33,057 bases of DNA from Catajapyx aquilonaris (GCA_000934665.2 KZ539147.1:1-33057); one strand, 5' to 3'; positions 1 to 12,129 are shown, counted from the first letter of the stretch. Numbers and translations: made by a program. Notes: generated by a model not told the origin, from the sequence alone.

Positions 1-93
1 GGGGGGAGTAACGAACCAAGAGTGTCCCTAGAGAGCTCTAAAATATTAACACAAGGCGGGAGAGTGTGATAGCATTCCGCACGGTACTAATGA

Positions 94-276
94 TTAGGCA
101 GAAATTAAACGCCGGATTAAATCACAGTTAGCCCATACCATATGTGACATCAAGCTCAAAGATAAGGACCGAATAGTTTCAATCATATTACCTTTAACCA
201 CATATTTGCATATGATGAAAACCAGGTCCAGAGAAAAAAAAGAAAACATGGTGGAGCATAAATCACCTTCTCCCAT
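94..276 (-). mobile_element. Possible decayed non-LTR retrotransposon APE endonuclease C-terminal fragment
   Basis: The minus ORF reads ...SLDLVF...SLSLMSHMVWA, resembling the LDLVF ... SDHxxV motif pair of LINE endonucleases; the catalytic SDH is not intact. Matched by eye only. Confidence 0.3.
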
Positions 277-1610
277 AATCTGATGCAGGTTTAATCTCCC
301 GCCGCCACTTTCTGGATCAGCAGAATTAAAGCGGTTGTAAATGTCACTTCCTGGTGTAATACTTTATATCGGTTATGTTGGTGGGGGTAAAGAGCGGTGT
401 GGAAGCTGATGGGTTATCAGCTTGATGAGCGGTATTCTGAACGATTAGTTGCGGTTCTGAACGACAGGGAGTGAAGAATGGTAATAAATGCTCTGGAAGT
501 TAATTGGCGACATAAAAGCTTCAATATCAGATCGGTGGGATTTGAGTCACAAAATATGGTAATATGTGGTTATTTCTTATACAGTCTACTGTACACACAC
601 AAAAAAACTGCGGTCAATCACAGTTCACGTGTGATTTTTTTGCTAATTTCCCCTAATGCCGCGCGTCACGCAGCCAGGTAAGGATACATCCATCACGGAA
701 AACATTACTATTTGACCAAGCACACACCTGACACATTAGGGAGGTCACCTAAGTGCGGAAAGTAATGGATTACGGCAGCCGGAAAGTGTGCACTTAATTG
801 CCCTGCCATGACGCTAATGAAAATCCCGTAGACGCGACACGCCCGGCGGTGAGGCAAGGTCACCAATCGCGCCTTGACGTGACTCAGTCGCGTCTCATTA
901 CCGCCGGCAGACAACCCGAACATATCGTATGAAATTCCCTGGTTTTGAAATTTGTCACCTTTACCCTGTCGCGGCATCATCTGACATTTTGGAAGAGAAC
1001 CGATCGATTTTCATAAATCCGGTTCGAAATTAAACACCGTACCAGTCACGGTACCGCACTCCCATTTTTTTTCTTCTTCCAGAAAAAAGGAGTTCTTAGA
1101 GTTGCGGGTCACGTAGACCAATTTAAAATTTACGGGCGGCGGTGACGCGGAACACATCCAGAGCCTGGCCTTATTCGCCCCCCAAACTGCATTACAGCTA
1201 TCTTTTTGTTGGGCCAGGAACGAAAAGAGGGGGGGGTCCCGGTTGCATGGCCCAAAAGGGGCCCACCAATCGATATCCCCCCCCCCCAGAACTCTTTTTT
1301 TCCCTTTCATCTGACAACTCCAAAGGAGACTCTGATTCCGCTTCGACGGAGTTATTGAGATGCTCCACAACTCCCAAAGGTGCCGACCGAGGGCTGCCTT
1401 TTTTTTTTTTTTTTTTTGAGAAGAGAACATGCGTGTACAAAACGAGAGAGGTTGCGGTCAGTGCGCGGACCGGGGGCGAAACCAATTTGTGGCACATGTC
1501 ACCATCGCATCGTTTGTTAACCTAATCGAGCAGTTCCCACTGGAGCAAAGTTGACAAAGGGACGAAAAAGGGGAAGGAATTCCGATAATGCACAATGCGA
1601 AAATTGCTTT

Positions 1611-1780
1611 AATATCGATATATGAAAAATTCCACAGATATCGATACATGGAAAATTCCACCGATATCGATATATTTAAAAATTCACAAATATCGATGTG
1701 AAAAATTCCACAAATGTCGATATGCGGAAAACTTTCACAAATGTCGATATCCGAACTGTTTAAGTATCGATATATCGAAA
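1611..1780. repeat. Degenerate ~26-bp tandem minisatellite, about 6.5 copies, consensus ~RATATCGATATATGAAAAATTCCACA
   Basis: Units start at 1611, 1637, 1663, 1689, 1713, 1740 and 1764 (24-27 bp), each with an ATCGAT or GTCGAT core; divergence increases to the right. Confidence 0.9.
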
Positions 1781-1939
1781 CTGTGGCTTTTAATGGAGGA
1801 AAAAGGTCGTACACCATTTGCCGTACTTTTAAGACATTCTCCATACTCGAAAGAATGTGGAAGAATAGCACCTGCAGTTACAAAAAGACACTAAAAGTGC
1901 GCTATTATTGCCGGGCTTTCTCCAGACCACTTTCACTTG

Positions 1940-2060
1940 GTGCTGCCGGAATAGGAGTCCCAAAGTGTGGTAACTAACCTTCCATTCCAACGACCTCATT
2001 CTCCTCTCCAAATCGCCCGTGAGTTATGACCCAGAAGTCAATCCGTTCCACTTCTAACTC
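1940..2060 (+). mobile_element. Possible decayed LINE reverse-transcriptase fragment (YADD region)
   Basis: 1989-2018 translates NDLILLSKSP, similar to the (Y/F)ADDLVLLSxS signature; flanked by a stop and a frameshift. Confidence 0.25.
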
Positions 2061-3377
2061 CCAGAGTGGCACGACCCTCTTTTCTCTTTGGTTTATATCC
2101 TCGGGGATGATCCTATATACGCTTTGCCAGTATGAAATTTTTTTTCTTCATCAATTTGCAGCTAAATCGGTATTAGTAGACTTTTTTGGTGCCCTGCAAT
2201 CTGCTTTATCATTCATTGAATGAGGGTTTATGCAGGGGCTGTAAAAATTCGTTAACATTCGGCTCATCGGCTTGAATTTAATAACAGAGCAGAAAAAAAA
2301 CCCCGTCATTTCCATTAATTTCATATTTTCGGTGGCCAACTGTCGAGTCTGTTGAGCGAGAAAAAACCGTCAAGAGGGTCTGGCATAGCGTTACAAAGGA
2401 TTCCATCGTGGACGGATTTTGGAGTGTCTACGATCATTTTTTTTTGAAAGTTGTTCATATTTCTATTAGATAAAAAAGTGAAACTCAGTTTCGAAAAATG
2501 TTTCCCGAGTAGTAAAGTAAATTGTAATAACAAATTCAAAAGTTACATCGCCTCTAATATTACAATTGGCATACTTATTCGCAACCCTTTCACGTAATCA
2601 TACCTTCGAATGCTATTATACAGATGAGGCTAATATAGAGCTATGAATCCGCGATGCTAATACTACCTTCCCACCTTACATGCATCAGATATCGGCCATG
2701 AACAATCTCGTCTCCATGCCATGGAAAATCAATAGGGTGGGCAGCCCAAATCGCCTACGGGATAGAAGGTGGCGCTGAAAGCAATTATAGGCGTGTTGAT
2801 AAAATTAGCTGGCCCCATCTATTACGGGCGCAATCGGATTAAGGGCCGGATAACAAAGCGACACACCCCTACTACACTTCCAGCCTTGTAACTGTCTTCC
2901 AGCTAAAAAGGAAGAGGTCGCTTTGCAACCGCTTTGAGGGCAACACCTATACACAAAACATCAACCGGACAAATAAAATGTCACCAACACAGGGGGCGAC
3001 CTTTTCCAAAGCAGCTTAATTTACACTTTTCAAAAGTTTCCGGGGGGTGCAGGAAGAAGGCGCTTCCTCCCTGAAAATCTCTTTTCCCTTCCCCCCCTGT
3101 TCAATTTCCCGTGCAGATAACTTTCCTCAGTTGCAAACAAAAATCAGATTAGGGGAGGAGGAGGCGAAAGGAAATAATTAAAAGTTGGTAAATTTCTGTT
3201 CATCAGCACAGCCTGCACAGGACGAGGAAAAACTTGGGGTTATGAATGCTGCCTCCCCCGTCAGCCATATTGGTAAACCCGCTAATTGTAACCCCCCCCC
3301 CNGTACCCCCCCCCCCCCCCAGAAGATGGCACCACGATACAACACACTGGATATTTCACTTCACACAAAATGCTTAA

Positions 3378-3560
3378 AACATTATTAAACATTTTATTAC
3401 TATTAATTTTATTAATTTTATTACTATTATTTTTATTACTATTAATTTTATTAATTTTATTACTATTATTTTTATTATGTTTATTACTATTATTTTTATT
3501 ATTTTTATTACTATTTTTATTATTTTTATTACTATTAATTTTATTATTTTTATTACTTTT
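3378..3560. repeat. AT-rich compound microsatellite built from TTA/CTA/TTT/ATT triplets
   Basis: Recurrent TTATTACTATTA(A/T)TT blocks, almost no G; explains the spurious poly-Leu ORF 3370..3609. Confidence 0.9.
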
Positions 3561-3575
3561 GGTTTACAATGTCTT

Positions 3576-3801
3576 AGTATTTATTAAGTTATTCACATAT
3601 ATTATTTAATAAGTTATTCACATATACTATTTAATAAGTTATTCACATATACTATTTAATAAGTTATTCACATATACTATTTAATAAGTTATTCACATAT
3701 ACTATTTAATAAGTTATTCACATATACTATTTAATAAGTTATTCACATATACTATTTAATAAGTTATTTATATATCCACATATACTATTTATTAAGTTAT
3801 T
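3576..3801. repeat. 25-bp tandem minisatellite ACTATTTAATAAGTTATTCACATAT, 7 full and 2 partial copies
   Basis: Five identical copies at 3626-3750, variant copies at 3576 and 3601, partial copies at 3751 and 3784. Confidence 0.97.
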
Positions 3802-3919
3802 TGTTATTTAGTAGGCCTACTGCCGCTTAATATTATGAAGTTATAGAAATATAGTACGCGAATATATCAACTACTAATATTTATTGACAAGCTTATAGCC
3901 CATGATTTATCATAGCGGT

Positions 3920-4290
3920 AACTGACGCCCACACTTCCATTGCAACCATGATCTACAAGGCCCACATTTATCATAAATAAGGTCCGAGCCACCGTATCGC
4001 TCTAAAATAAATATTACACCATACCGTCCTACACATGGGCGTATCATTCTCAAAATAACTAATGTTCCCCAGATAAGCATCATCACCTTTCCGGAATGGG
4101 CAGCCAACACGTGACTGAGCACACCCTATAATGTCTCCAGTAGCCCAGAGCCAATAAGTGTCATCGAGCTTGAGTACACCTCCAATATCCAGTCTATCGA
4201 TCTCAACTCTCTTAGCAAGTAAAACAATACCCTCTGTCTCCTCCCAACCATCCACCCCTGTTTCCATTGGCTGCACATGCTTTTTCACGC
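3920..4290 (-). mobile_element. Decayed non-LTR retrotransposon endonuclease (APE) fragment
   Basis: Minus frames give EGIVLL (GGV-like), YWLWATGDIIG...VG, and after frameshifts a VDHGCNGSVG segment at the position expected for GDxNxH. The motif order fits an APE domain, but the key residues are altered. Confidence 0.35.
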
Positions 4291-7200
4291 TACCCTCGTG
4301 CAGTTACATTGAAATCCTGAACCCCTCATTCATCTCTCTTCTCTCCCCCCCTCACTTTTTTTCACACACACAGCAGAGAGGATTGCAGAGATGTTGGTCC
4401 ACGGAGTTACTTTTGGGCTCTTGAATCCGGTCCATTCGTCCGCCTCGTTTCAGAGTACTCGGGCTTGTCTCACTCGATTTAACCCACTCCAAGTTACACC
4501 GCCAGATAAACGTCCGACCTCGAGAAGTTTGCTCACTCTTCCGCTCAGACGTCCCGCCCAATTAAAAGGACCATTCGGTGCAGCTATAAATGTGTCCTGT
4601 GTACACTCAAACCAAAATTGCAAAATTTTTGGACGAGAAAAACAGGCCGGAACACTTAAATCGAATAAATATTAGCCTATCTCCCTTAATCAATTTTTTT
4701 GTAAAAAAAATTAATGAGCAAAGGACGTTAAAGTGGAAAATTCACATCACAATTGTACCAATTCGTTTCAACGAACCAATATCAGATGACATATAGCTTC
4801 GAGACAAAAATTGGTACCCACACAGTATTTCATGTTTAAACCGTGCAAACTTAACGATGCAAAAAACAGGGGACGCGCCCTCTTTATTTCCCGGCCGGTT
4901 GCAAGCCCTGCAAACCATGTAATGCAATTACCAATTACACACAGACCATCAAATTAGCTGCAGTTCAACTGCCATTAAGTTATGAATGCAGCGAATCCGC
5001 GGGAAATTGATTTTCAAGCTCCAATTAGCCGGGGAATAGCTGGTAACGGAAGACCAGAAAAGGGGGATTCTCCGGGGTTCAAAGTTTCCTGACCCATACC
5101 CTGCCCACATACTCACATACTGTCAGACTGCGCCAAAAATAGGTCCCACATTCTGCTGACAAATTTGGGCTGGATCAACACTGATCAATAGACAAACAAG
5201 CACATTTCGTATAGCACCAACACATTTTTTTTCTCAAGTCCTATCTACAGGGTGATTCAGGCCTGCATTTCCGGTCGCGTGTTTATCAGCGCACACACAC
5301 ACAACGTTGCAAAAAAAAAAAAGTGAAGCTTCCGCGTATTTATCACCTGCCACCTACACGCGGCTCACGTGCGGCTTCCAATTAATTAGAAATTACCGGG
5401 CACGCATCGACGCATGTTCCAGTGCACTTGTTACTTTATGCCTTCCTGCTGACATCACACGACATGTCCAGGCGCATAAGCACGGTAGGAATGCTGTCAG
5501 GAAGGGTCTATACCCATGTGAGGTTTGCCCCTGGGCACATGTGGGCTGACTATGATGTGTTAATTTTACGAGGCCAAAAAAACATATTCAGAGACATGCA
5601 CGTAATTGAATTCTATGACATACACGTATACATAGTGTAGATCCAAATGACATCGGTTGGAACTTAACGAATCTATTTTGGACCATTCCAATTAAAACTT
5701 GTCCAATATTGTTTCTAAAATTACAGGCCACTGATAATTTTTTTTGAACTTCATCACAGATGCGACAGCACATGTCACCTTTAATTGCAAATATTCGGTG
5801 GACAAACATCCGGTGGAACCTGCACATCTCACATGCTGCTCCTCCAANCCCCCCCCCCCCCCCCCAACCCCAGCCCAATGTTATCTTATTTTCGGAATGG
5901 AGAAAAAGTCTGGAAGGGAAAACCGCATTACCGTAATTGAATCCTTGAGCGTGAACAAATGAAAAGAGGCCTTTCTAGAGAAGCGAGAGCCATTCTGTGG
6001 GCGGCCACTTTGGACACCCCTCGTCCCTCTTTTGGACTTCAAGCGCCCCCAATTTCCTCTTCAATTACTAGAAAAACGATAAAACCCTGGGGTCGCAGCT
6101 AATGGACCAATAGGTGCACTTCATGGGTATAGGGGAAGAGCTCAGCTTGCGGTCAGATGTATTCAAGCCTCGTGTAGTTACGCCTTTTTCGAAAATTAAA
6201 TTTCACACATTAGGTACACAACCTTAGTTCATTTGCAAGCAGTTTAATACAGCGTCATCTGTGGTATATTTTGGGAACTGCCAGCAAGGACAAATAATTG
6301 TGGTTTTAGGAAATTTCTAAAAGTTTCAGCACCTCAGCCATTAGCATCAGTGTGCCAATTTTCAGCTTCGTGGGTAGTCTGAAAGTGGGTTTTAAAAACA
6401 AAGAAACAAAACAAACAAACCATCGCAACGTGTCTCTGTAAAAGTGGTAGTCAGCTACGTACAGTAGTTGGCCCAAGTCAAATATTAGCAATAAATATAT
6501 GGTTAAAATCTGACACCCAAATTTTAAATGCATTTACTTATACATTTATTAATACGTTACATCATAATTTTCTTTACATTAATCATTCTGGTGCTTGTTT
6601 ACATATTTGCGTATATTTGCTTCCAATGTAGTGGGTAAATTCCAGGCTTGAAAATGAGTTTGCGGCTACATTACCCATCTAGTGATAAGGCCATTAGCGT
6701 ACCTACACCGCGAACATTACATTACAGTAGACCCTATAAACTTTTAAAGGAACTTTTTACCTGACTGGCACAGTACTGCATCAAGTTCATTGCCTTTTTG
6801 CTGCTCCGAATAAAGAGCAAAAATGAAGCTACAGTGCAGCAGTGCCCCGAACTGTACAGTACACACTGTAGACCCCCAGCTTAATTCAAAGTTCACAATG
6901 TAATTTTTATCCTTATCGTTTCGTTTGTCCATGAACGTTCCCTGTGTCCATAAATCTAACACTGCAAAGTGGACATAACCAGGATGTAATCGGCGGGAAA
7001 AGGGGCGGAGCTTTCCTGTGCTGCATGATGTGCATTCACCGCTGTTTTAAATTGCCGCAGCATATGGTATTTTATCTGTTTTCGCCAATTACGGTCGCGA
7101 CCGCATTACAACCCGCAGCAAGCCCCCACGCTGACTTTTACCATACCAATGCTTTTAGCATGTAAGTTCACGTTACACGCCCTCTAATCCTTTGCACTCA

Positions 7201-8338
7201 TTAGTATGCGCACCGGCATTATACCTGTAACTTGTGTATACAATCACTACATGGGGTACAGCACATGTAATTAATTGCATATTTACGCCCGAGTAAAATA
7301 GCTGCAGAGTGGCTCGCTGATGCATGTTTATTATGCAAACACCCTGCGATCACGTGCATGTTGTTGGTAAACCTTTCAACAGCATTTTTTTCCCCCTGCA
7401 GTTTGCAAATTGCGATATTCGTTTGATAATTCGGTTCTTCAGGCGCCTGACGCTAAGCGGGAACATCACAATGGGACTAATAGGCCATAAATAAAGAGGT
7501 GGGTGGATGAGTAGAAAGGCGACGCTCGGTTTGCTGCACAGCAAATGAAGAAATCAATCTCGGACTCCCGCCATCATCTCCACCGTGGCAATCCCAGCTA
7601 CCTAATGGCCCGGAAAGAGAGGCGCCATTTAATCTCATCACACACACAAAAAAAACCGCTCTATTCCTAGTATGTCGTAATTTACCCCCCCAAAAAACAT
7701 AACCCCCTTTTTCTGTCTTCCATTCTTGGGCTGCTGCAGCATTGCTGTTCATTATTCACAATCCAGCTCTGGGGCACGGGAACAAGTTTTGCAAGGAAAG
7801 CTTCCTGGCTGTTGGGTTTCCCCCTGTCGCACTTCAACTCGGATAACTTTGTCGACAAAACTTCCACATGACATGGTACAACAGGCTCCCCCCTCCCACT
7901 ACCCAAAAACTCCCCCCCGCTACCCAACTGCAAAATATTCCGAATTCGCACACGGCGAACTGTGGGTAATTCAATTCTGGCCTGCAGGGTCTCCTCCTCC
8001 CCCCCCCCCCCCNNNNNCCCCCCCCCCCCCCTGCTTTTCCCCGCCTCTCCCCATTTTACTCCCCGGCACAGACCGCCAGTTTTGGGATAATTGAAACATG
8101 GGACGCGTTCGAGCTGCTAAAGCTGCCGCTCGGAAAGACGAGGCGCGACATACCGCGTTGCGTGTGTAAAAAACCCTTGCAAATCCTTAGCTTGGAAACT
8201 GGATGCAAATTGAGTTAGACGGGACTCCGAACAGGATTAGGACTATTGCTTAAAAAGGGGGGCGGTGGTGTAATCTGGCCCTACTTATCCGGCGAAAAAT
8301 TGTTGCGGACACTGCCACAAATAGTGAGTTAAACCGTT

Positions 8339-8630
8339 TTGTTACCCACTGGCTGTATATCAGTCTGCTCTAATCCCAGCGTGTCAAAATCTTCCGGGGG
8401 ACTGTTGCAATCCCCAAATAGTGTCCTGGAAATAGGTTGCGAATCCTTCTTTACCGCTAGGAAGGATAGAGTGGGCCAGTCATCTAGTGCGACTTTCTTC
8501 TTCTTTCTTCATCCTTCTTCCCCCCTCTAGCTCTTATATCCCCGGGGCCACGCCCGTTTCAGAAATAACTCGCTATCTCCCCTTCCGGAACACTTTTTCT
8601 CCTCTTGGTGATATATAGGGCGAACCCTCA
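8339..8630 (+). mobile_element. Decayed LINE APE endonuclease N-terminal fragment
   Basis: FFTARKDR (RKDR at 8459-8470) followed by a hydrophobic strand, then VIYRANP (8608-8628), matching the order of the RKDR..GGGV ... IYRPP motifs; an in-frame stop intervenes. Confidence 0.35.
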
Positions 8631-9849
8631 GGACTGATTCTCGCTGCCGATGGTGCCTTGCTATACGGACCTCTTTTTACTAAATGTCACCGACTCCTAG
8701 GTCGGCATCATCATTGGTCGCTATTTTTCAACTGGGGCTTGTTTGCAAAGTTTTGGGCGGGGAGTTATGGAGCTTGAAAGGACGGGCTTCTACTATCTAT
8801 CTGGAGTTGTCTACATAAGCGCTGTAACCTGTGGCGTCTTGACACATTCAACATGATATAAAATGGGAGTTTCCTGTCGTGACTGCGCAATCGGTGTATA
8901 TGTGCGAAAAATTACTGATAATAACATAACTGGCTTTAATTTTAAGGCATGTAGCGTTTACATTGTGCGGGGAAAAAATTTATGAAATATTCAGGAGACC
9001 TAGAAAAACCGGGATGAGCCAGTTTAATATTTCAGTACTTTGGAATAAAATTACATCACTGTACTATTTACAGTACAGGTACAGTACGTGTGTGAGAGCG
9101 AAGATTTAACATATATGCTCAAAATGTGTGCTCTACATCAACATGCACATAATAACTTAGTATATGATAAATATTAATGTTAAAACTACAGCCTTACAAC
9201 AAAACGTAAATGCTACTTGAATGTACAAACTGCCCATAGTACAGATGAAAAATATTTCCACTATTCTGTCGCTTTACGCTTGTAAAATGTTAACTCCGAA
9301 TTATTAGGCCGAATATAATTTGCTAATAAATTGCTTTCCCAGACATTCAGTTCCTATTAAGCTATTCCCTCGTGACATATGCTAATGTTATGTAACCATA
9401 GGCAATGCTGCATGAGTGGCACCCCTAAACCCCATCCTAACCTTGACGTCCAAGTTGCGCACGCTCGAGAAAAAAAAAACGGTAATAAAAAAGTGGTAAG
9501 TGATGCCTAGGACCCGCAGGCAACGCGTCGCCCGCGGGCGGCCCTCCTCCCTGGGTTCATAATACAAGCCAGTAGGAGGGGGTGCCCACTAGGGGAGAGA
9601 AAGGGGGGGCCTCCTCTTATTAACATGACAAAGGGTCGCCCCCCTTTTCGCATGGCAGGCAGGCAGCGCCTCGCAAAATCCAGCAGCTGCTACACAAAAA
9701 GATCCAATCCAGGCGCCAGGTCTATTCATCAAACTTGCTTACGCTAGAGTGGAACATCTACCCCCTCCTACTATACTCTCAGCACTTGTTCCGGCCCGAT
9801 TCATTCCCTCCAAAAACTTGCTTCGCTCAAGATACTGACCTATCTGATG

Positions 9850-10143
9850 ACTAATAATCGCCTGGAACTATATAGCTTGATTACAACCTCACCTTCAGAT
9901 GAGTACAATCGCTGAAAAGGGGTCGGTACAAAATCGGTACATCTTGATGTTGGACGTTGGAGACAGAAGGCCCTCACCTTCGGCAGGGTGCTCTGCCAAT
10001 CTCAGCTATTCGGTATCATGTTAAAATACACGAACACATGCCTGAAGCAGCAAATTCGGTCCAAAAAAAACAGAGTCCATTAATTTGAGTAGGATAAAGA
10101 AAGATCAGAGAAGGCCTGCAGGGTCTCCAACTTTATGCTCGCA
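9850..10143 (+). mobile_element. Decayed LINE reverse-transcriptase fragment, interrupted by the SINE
   Basis: LRQG at 9978-9989, QLFGIML from 10003 (cf. GxRQGxxLSPxLFNI) and EGLQ at 10110-10121 (cf. SxEGLQ after YADD). Several frameshifts; YADD itself is not preserved. Confidence 0.35.
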
Positions 10144-10161
10144 GGTGTACCACTTTCAAAT
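10144..10161 (+). repeat. Target-site duplication, left copy (GGTGTACCACTTTCAAAT)
   Basis: An identical 18-mer recurs at 10490-10507, bracketing the SINE. Confidence 0.95.
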
Positions 10162-10489
10162 TTTTATTTATTTATTTACTTATTTATTTATTATTTATTT
10201 TACCCCATTGGGAGAATCAGCGCTCCATTAGGGGGGTGGAATACCGTCATTTTACCCGACGATTTTATCATTCAAATTCTTTCTGAAACTTTCACACATG
10301 GACCGGGCCAAGGATATATATGGAATGACGGAAGGAAGCGGCTGTGGCCTATTATACCGAAGCGATCTCGGAATTATCCTGGGGGGACCATGGAAAACCA
10401 CAGAAAACCACGTTAGGATCGCCGGACCCGGGAATCGAACCCAGGACCTCCCGATTAGCAGTCGGATTCCTTAACCACCTGCCTGTTTC
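10162..10489 (-). mobile_element. Full-length tRNA-derived SINE
   Basis: On the minus strand: A-box-like GGCAGGTGGTTAAGG (10483-10469), anticodon arm CCGA-CTGCTAA-TCGG (10465-10451), B box GGGTTCGATTCCC (10442-10430), a body with GGTTTTCTGTGGTTTTCC and GGCCACAGCCGCTTCCTTC, an (AAAT)n tail (10200-10162) and a perfect 18-bp TSD. Confidence 0.92.
10430..10483 (-). promoter_or_regulatory. RNA polymerase III type-2 internal promoter (A and B boxes) of the SINE
   Basis: B box GGTTCGATTCC matches GGTTCGANNCC; the A-box-like GGCAGGTGG lies upstream at tRNA-like spacing. Confidence 0.8.
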
Positions 10490-10507
10490 GGTGTACCACT
10501 TTCAAAT
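10490..10507 (+). repeat. Target-site duplication, right copy (GGTGTACCACTTTCAAAT)
   Basis: Identical to 10144-10161. Confidence 0.95.
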
Positions 10508-12129
10508 CAGCATGCACTTGCATCAAATGCAAAATTGCCTCTTTATGTTTTTGAGCGATATAGTACATCTGATGGTTGGTCTACAAGTCAGTACTGTAGA
10601 TTGTGTTTGTTGATCACAAAATGCCACCTCCTGAATCGGTACATGCGTATACAGCAAGAGACCACCCTGACATTGAGGTTTCGTGCTTATATGACACTGC
10701 ATAATGCCTCGTAATTTACAACTTCACCCGTGACGTCAGGTGAGATTTGAGCGATTAACGTGAGGAAATGGCGCGAAGGCACGTTCGCCCGTTTCCTACC
10801 CCAGGCTGCTTTAAACCCACCCTTCAGGCAAAAACTAAGGGGAGGTGGTGGCGGAGGAAGACATGGTGGGGACAAGAAAATTAATTTCCGAAATCCTGCA
10901 GGCAGATTCCACGCTCACAATTTCAGAGGAAATTAAGTGCGTGGTCGCCATTTAAGCGTGCATCACGCACTGGTTGAAATTAGCATACACCACCACCCGC
11001 CAGCCAATCACACCGCTACCTCTTTTTTTCACCCATTCCGTTTCATTAGACAAGCATCTGATCCAATTAAGGCTGTACAATCGGGGCTCTTAACGTCCCT
11101 CGAATAGGATTACATTCGCTATAGTCGACCAGAAAGGCTTGACTGGCTTCAGCCAAGCCAATTGTTTGCTGGTTCCAGCAAAAAAAGGAGGAAATCCTTG
11201 CAATCCGGCCTGCTTCACGTCACTTACCTGTCAGGTAAGGGCTCCCATTCTTCCAGCAGGTATTTTGTCCGAGGCTAAGCCAGGTGTGAATACAGTATAG
11301 CCAAGTTTTGGTCCAAATGCAGACAGTGATGAACCGACACCCCCCCCCCCCTTGCCTTCCATTGTGTTATTGAAAGTCTTCCCCCTCCTCTCCCCTAATT
11401 TATTAGTCTACTGCTGCTAGGGAGGTGTCAAGACGGTAGGGGGCTGGGGGTAATTTAGGCACGCATATTGGATCGATGCAAATCTGTGCAAAGCACTCGC
11501 CTTGTAAGGATTACTTGCGCCCCCTGCTCATTGCACATCTGACCACCCTGTTGAATAATTAGGATGATCAGCTGCTTACAGATTTTTTTTTTTTTTAATA
11601 ATCAGAATATTCAAAATCAGCATTTGTGACGGCCCTCACTAGAGGTCAGCGGCGTATGGGGCCACTGGGTGTGAAATAGTCGTGGGACGGCCTGGCTCCG
11701 GATTGCTCCGAACCTGTTGTATACCACGACGAACGCAGGGTCAGGGGAATTACCTCACATAGTTCCAAATATGCTGATATATTACCTCAACAATAATTCA
11801 AGCAAAAAAAAAATTACACCCATTCACACTACATGAAATATGCTATATTCGCCATTTGCCTACCAACATTCCCCGCAAAAAAATATATACAAGTCACCAG
11901 TTAGTCCTTCAAGCGACTCGGAAATGAATCCGGTCGCATGTCACCCATTTAAAAAAGGCACAAACAAGCGACAGTCCTGACAGCTGTCACAATGCCTCTC
12001 AAGGCTGGATGCTAAATTAATTTACTCAGTCAGACTGACGCGTTGAAAGCATAGACTCAGGCCAAAATACCTCCATTTTTTTTTGTTAGCTATACCTCCA
12101 TGCAAGTCCCTGGACACACCCTGAAAAAC

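Noticed and set aside
403..464. Hairpin AAGCTGAT/ATCAGCTT plus TGATGA and two CTGA boxes (box C/D snoRNA-like)
   Set aside because: The C-to-D span is only ~38 nt with no terminal stem; the two CTGA come from a short local duplication, GCGGT(A)TTCTGAACGA.
1611..1780. CRISPR-like periodicity
   Set aside because: The units are contiguous with no unique spacers, no cas genes are present, and the context is eukaryotic.
3370..3609. 79-aa Leu-rich membrane-like ORF
   Set aside because: It is a translation of the AT-rich microsatellite.
10420..10492. Functional tRNA-Ser(GCU) gene
   Set aside because: The acceptor stem does not pair well, the long variable arm is missing, and it continues into a SINE body flanked by a TSD.
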